From Gammaproteobacteria bacterium (GTDB lineage: Bacteria; Pseudomonadota; Gammaproteobacteria; S012-40): a stretch of 64,000 bases of DNA. The notes beneath the pieces were generated by a model, which worked only from the letters and a program-made list of their open reading frames with translations, had not been told where the DNA came from and ran no database searches. Location: assembly GCA_029883265.1 (NCBI GenBank), contig JAOUJM010000001.1, positions 10,511 to 74,510 on the forward strand, read 5' to 3'. A program made the translations under genes and the position numbers. Below, one piece after another: positions 22,840 to 34,800 of the stretch (positions are counted from its first letter, which is position 1; every line of letters starts with the position of its first letter).

Positions 22840-25800
22840 CTGGCCATACCCATTATACGTTTTACCGCCATTACGAATAAGATTGCGACCTGGCTGGATT
22901 CCCCCAAATAGCGGCAACTCACCCAAAGCAGATTTCCAAGCATCCTCACCAGACACGCCTTTGCGAATAGACTTGGTGTAGTGTTTCTTAATCGCCTGTC
23001 TTTGTCGGTGGTCGTTTATTTTCAACTCATCAAGTTTGTTATCAAACTTTTTGGTCGACTGCTCAGCACTAATATATCCCGACGCAGCACTACTTAGTGC
23101 CTCAACAGCAACCGTCCGCCAGTCCGGCCGGTAGTCTTTCAGAGTCATGGAGTTAACGGCTATGCGGCCAACTCCAGTTAACGCACCACGTATCGCATCG
23201 CCTGCAACACCCGCGAAACCCCATCCATCAACTTTCCCAACGTTGCTTGGTAATGAAGATGTGACTCCACCCACTAATGCGCCAACCGCTACATTCGCGA
23301 ACAGATTTCCTGCTTGGCTATTGTATTTTTTACGCTGCTCAGTTGACTCCATGGCCATCGATAAGCCAGTCGATATAAGTGCTCGTCCCGCACCTTGTAG
23401 TGCACCCTTAACAACCCCTCCTCCTGTCTGATTCAATCCAGGTATTTGTGATATGATCGCGGCGATTGTCATTGATTTAACAATTTCTTCCTCGTCAATT
23501 TCATCGATGTAACCAACATTCTTCATGTATTTCTGTATGGCATACGAGGTCATTCCGGCAGCAATAATCGCCCCTTGCGGACCAAACACTATAAAAGCAG
23601 CAATAGATATGACAACAGAAGCAACATTCATCCAAAATATTTCAGACTTCGAGGGTTGATTCCTTGCAGGCATGCTTGGGTCCGTACTTCCAATTATCTC
23701 TCCCGGACTATAAGGTTTGAAGGTATCGGCATTGTTATGAATGTTTGTGACAACATTCGGAATGATTATGGATATTCCAGGTGTTAAATCAATATTGGTG
23801 ATATTGTTTGCGTTTGCAATCACATACCAAAGACTAGCATCTCCCCATACTTTACCTGCAATCGTTTCCAAAGTGTCACCTTGCACAACGAGGTATTCAC
23901 TGGCTGTATTCGCAGGATAGTTAGCACTAATGGCTTGATAATTTTGATCAAAGTCTGCTGAAATAACTCGATTCTTCCCTCTTTTTTCGTTATCTGCAAT
24001 CTCCTTGTTTGATAGTCGCGACTGGGCAAGTATTTGTGTATAGTCGGTTTCACCGGCACCTCGGTTGGATACTTCACCAATACCCCGTCCATTAAGATAG
24101 AAATAGCGGTTTACATCGTAATTTGTATTATCGATTTCATTACGCATAATGATTCGGCCGTCGGCATCAACCGTAAACTCAACTCGGCGCTCATATTTGG
24201 TGCCATGTAGTGGTGAGTTGGAATCATCCATTCTCATCAAGTGTCCATTTTGGTCATAATAAAGGTGAGAATACCCGTCAACAAAACCACGTGAATTTAC
24301 ATCCGACCTACCAACACTCTTTTTTGCAGAATCCCAATAGCTATAGAAATAGGAATTCCTGAAATTCTTTTGTTCCTCAATGCTCTTTACTTGATATGAG
24401 ACATTCTTTTCAGCTAGATCTAAACGATCTATTTCACGATAGGTGTAATCGTTATGAATTGTTGACTGCTCTTGCAAATATAGAAATTGATCCTCAGAAT
24501 TTTCCACTCTTTTACGATACTCAATACGAGAGATACGACTATCCAGATCATAGCTATAGTCGTATTGTTGTACAGACTGGGGTGGAATTGTGGTAACAAC
24601 AGTTTCTATATCTGGGTCATATAAATGAGAGGAGCTCGTTCGACCTAGCGCATCTAGCAAGCGCCGAGACACTAAATTTTTGTCTTCAACATTATCGACT
24701 ATTTTTCCGTGTTCAACAGTTTCTAAAATACCATTTTTTGTATATCCATATCGTTCGATCATAGTCGTATTCGCGCGAATATAGTTAACGCCAATTCGCT
24801 CACCTGCAAGATTATACAGGACTTCATATCCTTTATTTTCTGCAATTTCGACATTGCCAGACCCACCGACATCGAGTCTACCTTGTGTAATTCTAAATCG
24901 GTTCATTGAGTCGTAGTCATACCAATGTTCCTGGACGAAATCTCCAGTCGCTTCTCTATAGTCTGCTCCTCGATGAGCGTTAAGATCAATACCACCGTGG
25001 TACTTGGATACCACATGAATGCGATTTCCCATTTCGTCGTAATCATATGTAATATTGAAAAACGGATCGTTAATCTCGACAACACGATTGTAGTCATCAT
25101 ATATCGCTATCGTATATTGATAATCTTTTCCAATATCGGCATTTGCTCCCTCTTCGTAAACCGCTTCATAGGTTTTGTTACCATTGTTGTCGTAGCCATA
25201 CCGACTAACCAATCTAACACCATCATTTCCACCGTTAAAACCATAATCTACTTTTGCCTTTAATGACCCGTTATCATTGTAGTCAAACTCAATCACTTGA
25301 TCATAATCAGAATGATTAGTCATAAAATTGTTCAGACTATAGCGATATAAATCCATGTAGTCATAAGTAAAACCATGTAGCTGTGTATCAATATTATTCC
25401 ATGCGGCATCAGTTGCAATAATTGAAGCACCCGGATCCGTATTACCGATTTGATAGCGCAACTGCCCCCTTGCATCATAAAAATAGCGATAGCTACGGTT
25501 TCCGAGATCACGGTGGTAAACGAGCTTATTGAAATAGTCATATTGGTCTGTGATGGCTCGTGTTTCATAGTGCGGAATAATAATTTGAAGTCCAGCTTTC
25601 AAATCCGCATCAGTAATGTTATTTGCTTGACCTATCGAATTTGACATGTCTTCAACATTTAGTAAGCTATAGGCTATGGACGCCAAGGTATCGCCAGTTT
25701 GGACAATATAATTTAATTTTTCCCGACGTCCATAAAGGTAGACGGTTAATGTGTTTCCGACCACCAGTGTTTCGTCAACGACACCATTATCACTTCCAAT

Positions 25801-28800
25801 CCGGTTCGCTACCTCAGAGACTCTCAACAACTGTCTTGCAATAGATTCTAGCGTGTCACCGGACCTGACAATATACAAATTGCCAGAATAGGTTGTTTTG
25901 CTGAACCCCCCTTCCTGACCATTAAAGGTGAGATAGTTATAATCGTAACGAGTAACTTTATCACCATAGCTGACATGTTTTACCACCCGTCCTAATGCAT
26001 CGAAATAAGTCCGCTCTCGTCCACCGCCTTGGTCATGGAGAATTTCGTCATGGGAATTTGTATCCGGGTCAGTTAGATCGAGTGATGTATCAACTAAATT
26101 GATATGTGCAATTCGGTTACCATTTTCATCATATTCGTACTTTTCAACATTGTCGTATATATTGCTAGTTTCTTCAGTAATACCACCAAAAGAGCCTAAT
26201 ACATATTTTATAACATTATGTTTTTCTTTAGTAACATAGGTAATTTGGTTATTGTGATCAAACTGATATTTTGTCACGCGATCTGAGTCAGCTGTTAGCT
26301 TCTGACGTTTTTCAATTACATTACCAAAGCCGTCATAGACATAGGTCATTCCGCCCCCATCAGGGTTGAACTCCTGCTTGAGGCCATTTTGGTCATAAGA
26401 GAATCTTTTTAAATTGTTGCGTGCATCTGTAATTCCAGTGACATTACCCAGCTTGTCATAGTAATAAATCGCATTGGCATCCTGAATAGTTTGAAGCCGA
26501 CTGTAATAACTATTTCGAATTGGATCTTTTCGCGGATTACTTTTTCTAATTAGATTACCCATCTTGTCATATTCAAAGTAGGTATAGATATCTTTGCCAT
26601 CTTTTTCTTGGACAATTTCTCCAAAAGCGTTGTAGTAGTGAGATTTGTGAATTTGTACAAACTGGTCTGGATCGCTGTTATCACTAGAATTCACGCGACG
26701 ATGTGAGTAAAGTGACGCCTCACCTGTTAAATCGATGGACAATTGTCCCTGCAATACTTTGGCATTGGGATCATTTGGTTTATAGGTATAATTAATAACA
26801 TAGTCACCGGAATAGCTTCTTGGAACTGAATATCTTTGTCTCGTGCTGTCCGTTATAGTACGGAAAATTATTTCTTTGTATGTTTCACCGCCAGATTGTC
26901 TAATTGTTGCTGACAGTGTTCCTTGTGCTGGATCAACGTTTTCAAGATATACATCCCTGATATAATACCAAGATAAGCTAGAATCCATAAATGGAAATGA
27001 AGTAACGCGAGCCTCAATCGAATTATCACCATCATCCGAGCTAAAAGCGTTGCCATCTAAGCGCAAATGACTGCCTGGTTCTACTGATGGGTTATTAGAT
27101 AAATTCAGAATTACTTTCCCTGTATGAGGCGTTAAATCTGGGTTTGTTGCTTCATTGTCATAATGATATTCATATTTCAACTCAAACTGTCCTTCGAGTC
27201 CAGCATCGCCAAAATTCCAGGTTTGCCAGGAAGGATTAAAACCACTCGGTGTATCAAAATGTTCAACAGTAACCCACTCAGTTTCACCCACCCGTCTAAT
27301 CTCTACCGTTAGGGTGCCCAGAGACTTTGGTACATTCTTTAATATAATATCTCGACCATAGTACTGGTCGACAGCAACGTAATTATTCTGGCCGTCCACG
27401 TCACGAAAGCTTCCTGATACCGACGCAATGGTATAGCCATTCTTCTTGATTGTGGCACTATATGTCCTGGAACCAATATCATGTCCTTTCGGCGTACGAT
27501 AATGCGCGTCCTTACCGCCACTCCCATATGTGATAATTTTTTCTTCTTCATTATTCGGATTAAACTCTAGCACCAGACTACCTTCACCGTAGGAATTCTT
27601 GATTGAATCCACATTCGGATCTACGGCATCCCACCAAGTCTCCGCCCAGTCTTTACCTACAGCGTCATGAACACGTAGATGTAAACCACCATAGGGGGTA
27701 ACTTCAATATCAACTTTTCTATCACTTAATGTCTGGTATAGAGTTTGTGAAATCGACTGAGTGTGCGATGGTTCGTAAATATGAACAAGTTCGTTTCTTT
27801 CATTGTAAACGCTTGAACGATAAACAGAAGGAGCATTGTTATCAGTGATTGATGGCAGGATCTCTTTTGTCGCATTTCCGTTACGATCATAAGCATATTC
27901 CTTGACCACACCATCGCTGTTAGTTTTAATCAGGTTGCCGTTGCTGTCATATTCAAAAAACACTTGCCTGGCTTTGTTAGCTTCTGGACGTGATAGTTGA
28001 AGTGTATTTCTTTCGTATGCGCCCTGAAACGCTGCTTTTTCATAGCCATTGTATTCAGTGTATTTGTTCTCAAAGTAAGCATAGACAGAAGAATTTTTCT
28101 CTGTCCTTTTTCCACTGACTATGTTCCTATTTAGTCTATCATAAATGTATTCCGCGATATCTGTAAAAAGGTTTCCATCTGCATCATGTCTATTTAGGCT
28201 TTGGGTTCTAACATTACCAACAGCGTCGTAAGTATACTTGTTATTGGCACCATATTCTTCACTAACATTGGCATTGAAGTTTGCATCCCAATCCTCCAAC
28301 AACCTCCCATCAACTCCGTATGAGAATTTTTGTATTTGATCAAGGTTCGCAAGAGAGGGAGCACCATTAAGAGGAATATTTCTAGACTCACTGTCTTTCT
28401 CAGATGCAATATTTCGCGCCTCGATCACATTCCCATGTGCATCATATATATTTTTTGTAGATTTAAGACCTGATTTTTTTGTTAAGAGGCGACCTAAAAC
28501 ATCGAAACTATAATTTGTAGTATTTGACTCCGCGTCTACTATAGTGGTTATATTTCCCATTACGTCATAGACATATGCAGTAACACTATCTTCAAGCACT
28601 CCAGATTGCATGTTACCGTTACTAAAAGAGTATGTTTGAAAATTTTCCAAAGAATCCGTTTTCAGCCTATTTAATTTGTCGAATGAATAATTTTTAATTC
28701 TCGAATCAGAATATTGATTATCTCTTAAATCAACACTTTCTATCACAAAATTGTAACCACCATTCGTTGCAACGTTCACATTAGACAAATTAATCGAACC

Positions 28801-31800
28801 GCTTTTTATTACTCGATCGTTATCTTGCAGAATATATGATACCGTTGCTCTTCCACTAATGTTACCGACATCAAAAAATGCTTCGCCATTTTCATTCACC
28901 ATAACATCTACTGGTGTAGCAGTCGTTTCACCTTCTCGCAGCAGGCTCGCGCTCCAGACTCCACCAACATAATCAACGTCACTAATCTTCAAACGATTGA
29001 CATCAAATGCTGAGTATCCGGAATGCCAGCCTTGTGATCCAAGCATAAGATTCGTATCCACTCTTGCAATTTCAAAAGAGTCTGAATTGCTTATAAGTGT
29101 GATAACAAACTCTTTGATTTCACCAGTATTATATGAACGAAGAGGTATTGTCCCTTTGGTAAGGATTGTCGTAGTAGGAAAAGTTGTGTGATAAGTGCCA
29201 TCCGCTCTCGCAGCTCGAATAACGTAATAGTCGCCTTGTTTTAAGGTGGGAAGATTTATTTTTACGTACATCACAGAAGGCATCCCATCGCCTACCTGCC
29301 AAAAGTAAGGATAAAAGTAACCTTCCTCCAAATTGACTTGAACGATTCGATCCTCGTAACCGTTTGTTTCAAACTTCTCAAGCACTTCTAATAAAGAAGT
29401 ATTTTCATCCACCACATCTCTTAAACGTATCGAAGCCTTCTCTTCTCTAATCGCATTATTGAATGCATCGTAATTCCACTGGGTTGCATATCTTAGTGCA
29501 TCAACTGTGACTCTTTTATTACCTTTTTTATCATAATAATGAAAAATAGAATTTTCGTTTCCATCTACTTCTCTTACTAAGCGGCCTTTATGGTCATAGT
29601 ATTTCCGAATCACCGTTTCGCTGACATAATTTTCTTCCTTAATAAATTGATCATCACCAGGATCACCAATGGGCACCATTCTATCTTTTTCATAACGATG
29701 CTCTGCCGGAAGTTTTGTCTCCACAATTTGATTAAATGCATCATAACGATGTGTTAGTTGCATGTAGACATTTGAGACTGTAAATTTGTAAATCGAGTCT
29801 GCGAAGGTTGCAGTATCACGATATTTTCGCTCTTCAATAATATTACTCACAGAATCATAGGCAAACGTTTTCAAGAACCCTTCCGCATCGTGGGTGGCTA
29901 TCCGTCGTCCTAAATTATCATAATAATGCTGAGTTATGTTTAGATTTGCATCAATTTCACGGACCAAATTGCCAACAACATTGTATTTTTGTTCGATTGT
30001 GGTCGTTATACCCACGCTATCACCGGCACTCAATTTTATTCTATGGTTTTCCGTTTTAACCAGTAAGTTTAATTTGTTATAGGTATAGCTTCGACTTCGC
30101 TCTTCCTCCATGCCCGCTGCTTCTCGTGAAATGCGCCGGTTTCCGAATGCATCGTAACTGAACTCATTTGTTTGTCTTTCAAAACCTGTAGTTTCAAAAT
30201 CGATAAAAGGCAGCAAGAATCGCCCATCCATGCCTACCTCAATGGATTCACGATCGCTGATTCCACCTTTGTTAGCAATCGGCAAATACTCACTCGTCAA
30301 ATTTCCTTTGCGATCATAATTGTAGTGGTATTGATAACCAAGCGAGCGTTGGTAGTCTGGGTCTAGAACATTTGTTATAGGTTGATGACCTAGTAATTTT
30401 CCAATCTGATTTCCAAACGCATCATAATCATATTTTTCTTTTACCGATTCTGCATTGGTTAATTCAGTTTTGCGGTTCAGTTGATCGTAGTTCAGTAAGG
30501 TCTTTTGATCTTTATCAGTATTAATCTCCAAAAAGGTTTCGAGAATCTGACTTTCCGTGGTGTTGTCATCAACAGTATGAGCGGCCGCAATTGCGGTTGC
30601 ATATTGCATCGTACCCGTTAGATTACCCATTCCATCATAGGCTTTGGTTGTCACATAACGCTCAGGATCAACCACCAAAGTATTGCGATCAAGCTTATCG
30701 TAGTAAAAATAACTTATTGTGTCATAGGGTTCAGTAATTTTAGTAATATTACCAAACGCATCATAATCGGTTTTCTTCAATTCAAAAATATTGACGGTGC
30801 TACCAGCGCCTTCCTTAATCACTGATGCCGTCTTACGATTTAGCTGATCAAATGTCTGATACGTTGAATAGTAGTTTAGTAATGTATCTTTTTGATCCTG
30901 TGTTAACTGGATATAACTTAAGTTTGTAGTTGCCGTTAAACCGAGAATTAATTTACGTTCATTATCAGCCCAATCAGAATCAGTTTCTGTAAGCTCAATA
31001 CCGCGTGGATCAATAATCTTTGTCTGATTACCAAACGCGTCATAACCGAACTCACTTGAATAGGCCATTTGAGTTTGTGGATGTGCGGTATCAAGATTAG
31101 CTACAACACTGGCAGCCTCGAGATAAACTGTACGGCGTGTTAACAGACCACGCTGACTAAATTCTTGCGTGGTGCGTTGCAATTCATCACCACTGATATT
31201 GAGTCGCTTAACAATCGACGTTGTATTACCAAATGCATCGTAGCCATACTCCGTTACCAAGTCTCCATTCTCATCAGTTGAATGCGTCGTATACGACACA
31301 TTCTCAAGTATCTCTTGATATAATCGCCCGGCATCATCGTATACATAACGGGTACTGCGATCACCACTTGTTGTATCACTATTTCTATACAATAGGTTCG
31401 TACCACTAACTAGTAGTTGAATATCTCCCTCATTTCGAACATCAAATCGTTGTGTTGCCAAGGTGGCGACACCACTTTCTGGAAAACCTTCCGCTGTTGT
31501 ATCGTTAACAACCTGTAGTTGGTTAGCGTATTGAGTTACCCGAGATAGAAGATCACCTGTATATTCTCGTCCAGTGACATAACCCTCTGCATCGACACTG
31601 AAACTCACTCTACCTGCAGCGTCGTACTGTTGAAAACTAACACGGTCTTTACCACTCGTCGCCGTAACAAGTGGCGTTGTTTCAGTGACATCCACCACTT
31701 GTCTGTTCAGAGTATTAATACGCGTTTCTAAGTAGGTGTTCCACTCAGCGGCTGTAGGAGTAGAGTCTTGATAGGAATTAATAGTGAGTGCCTGATAGAA

Positions 31801-34800
31801 ACGCGAAGCAACAATTGCCTGTCCCAATGCATCGTAGCTTGTCTGATTAACATACCCCAAGGCGTCTATCGAGTAAATCTTGCGTCCGGCATTATCATAA
31901 AAATAATGATTAATCTGATCAGTAGACGAATTACCCGCTAGGTTTCCTCGAATAGTCGCCTCTTTATAATCCGCAAATGTAGTTTCTTTTGAGGCATAAC
32001 GCATGCTAAGAATAACTTGGCCACTAGCGTCATAACGTTTTTCATTGACGTAGCCCATGGCATCCACGCTATAACGCAAACGGTTTAGCTTGTCGTAAGC
32101 AAAGTGATCGCCCTGATCATTTGCAATAACATCGGGACGTTTCTGGAGAATTGTTTGCGCGAGTAATTCAGTGTTAGTGCTATTTATCGTAGCAAGATCG
32201 GTGGTAGATACTGAATTAGCCAGCCTAGATTGACGAATCACATTACCATTGTCGTCATACTCGTACACAGTATAGTTGCCCACTGCATTTACCGTTACAG
32301 TCAGGCGACCATCGTCATCAAAAACTGAATAATCAACGATATCTTTTGCAAGGTCCGCTGATGCCGAGACTAAACTCAGAATGTCGGCTTCCGTTGAATG
32401 ATCATCAAGAGTAGTTGTGGATATGGGCAAGGCATACTGAATTGTCTTAACCTTGTCCCCTCTGTCGTTATACACCGACTCAACCACTACTGCTAGCTGA
32501 CCTGTTGGAATAGGATCCAATTCCATGTATTCAAAATCAAGAACGTCAGCATTCTTGATGGAATAACGTAACCGATTAACATCATCATAAACATATCTCA
32601 TGGAGTGTGAGGTATCTTCCGCGCTCAAATCGGTAGCGAAAGCAACTTCTGAGGTTTCACTAAATGCACCAAGGGCCGGGGTAAATGGTAGAACTGTAGC
32701 AACACTTAACTCTAAACCATTACGCAATAGAACTAACTCATATGTAAAGCCGGATCGACCTCGCCTGTAACGCCCAAAATCAGAGTCAGCTGGAGAATCA
32801 TAAACCGTAGTTCCATTCTCTTTTAACAGAATCCGGTCGGTTGCTAAAGAAGTTACATTTGACCACATCACATAGTAACTTGAGGTTAGCGTTTGATCAT
32901 CAAAAGCATAATTCAATGTTAACGAGCCACTCAATCCGCTAACATCTACTCGTCTGTAACCCTCCACCTTACGCACCATATTATCCGCAGCATCATAATA
33001 ATATTTAGTAGTAATATTTAACCCACCCGGATCAACAATCGTATCTGTGCGTCGACCTAAGTGATCGTAAATGTATTGTGTTTCCCTGGCTTGTGTACTA
33101 TTGGCGCCTTCGGTAACCGTTAATTGACGACCTTCTGCATCATACGTATATTCGGTCCGCAGATTTAAACCACCATTGACGGCATCAACAACGACGGCTA
33201 ATACATTACCCGCACGATCATATTCGGTATCCGTATGTACACCGTTGGCATCAATGGTTGTAACTTTGCGACCCAGACCATCAAAGACATACTGGGTTTG
33301 AATATTCAGTCCAGTCTCATTGTCACCCGTAGTGTGAATCGTCATGGGATCAACGGTACGGGTCATCACCCGATTGGCGGCATCATATTCAAACTTGGAA
33401 TAGACACCATTTTTATCCACGGTGTGGGTTAATCTTCCCGCCTTGTCATACTCACTAGTTATTGTGTTATTGAGCATGTCAACCACTTTAACCAGCTTGC
33501 CATTGGTATCATAATGATACTCTGTACCATCATTTGAATTTGCTGCCGACTGATTGCCGTCAATGATTTTAATCGTTTGACCATTGCGATCCGTAATGGT
33601 CTGTGTCTGAATCAATTCAGGCGTCGTCACCGTCAAGGTATGCGTCGCATCATCATACGCATAAGTGGTTACATTCAAAAATGCATCGGTCATGGTCAAC
33701 ACTCGACCAAAGGCATCATAAGTTTGTGAACGTGATACGTCTAATGCATTCCTTGTTTGTACCTGTCGCCCCAGACGATCATATCCAAACTGAGTGATGT
33801 TGCTATTACCATCGGTTGATTGAATCACACGACCAAACGCGTCATAGGTTCGCTTGGTTTCGATTTCGAGTCCAGTATGACCCGCGACAGACACGTCTTT
33901 AAGGGTTGAGGTTGAAAGACCGCGACGATCATAAACATACGTGTCGCTACGACTCGTTTGCCCGGTAAGTGCTTGACTGACAGGTATCAGCGTAGGATCT
34001 TGCTGCTGCACCGATGAACTTATTTGACCGAACGCATTGTATGCATATTCGGTGCGTTGGCCTTCGCCATTGATGGCCCGCCATATGGCACCGCGAAGAT
34101 TGTAAGAAGACTGAGTTCGACTATCGACCATCGTATTTCCACTAAGCCTATCAAGAAAAGATGGAGTTACCAAGCCACCGGTCAACGTATTACTATTAGT
34201 GATGCGGGTGGAGTACGCAACGGTTTCTTTCACTTCACCGAATTGGTTATAGCTCAATTCGTTGACTTCGGCGACATTACTCAAAACCTTACCACTTTCA
34301 TCCAGAGTACCGCTGACGTCCTGTGCAGTAAAACGCAAACGACCATTATCATCATAATAGAACCAAGTTCGATGATCGTTTTGATCTTTGGTCGACGTTC
34401 TTAATCCTTGCTCGTTATAGGTATGAGTAACTCCATAGATTTCCCAAAGTAAATCTAATTCAGATTCACTAGGATTTATTAATGTGTCAAGCTTGGCGAT
34501 ACCTTGTGCATTAAGTTGCTCACCAATTAAGCGTCCTTGAATATCATAACGTAACAACGACGACCGCTGGTTATGAGTATAAGAAAAACGACCCGGCAAA
34601 TTCAGCATTTCCCCAACCGTTGGGGAAGCGGCACCCATGAGTTCCGCAAACGCCACAAAAGCATTGGCATTCGCTGTGTGATAAACCGATCGAACAATGC
34701 TTTCCCACGTATCACCTGATTGTACGGTATAACCATTTTCTGGGGCTAAACTGACATCAAGATCGGCAAACTCAAGCAGAGCATTGAGGTAGGAATCTGT

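Noticed and set aside
22850-24100. Canonical Rhs core-end (PxxxxDPxGL) or VENN-type pre-toxin motif before the toxin tip
   Set aside because: I looked for these in the translation upstream of the transposon junction and did not find them. The protein is therefore described as YD-repeat/Rhs-like rather than as a classical Rhs or CdiA.
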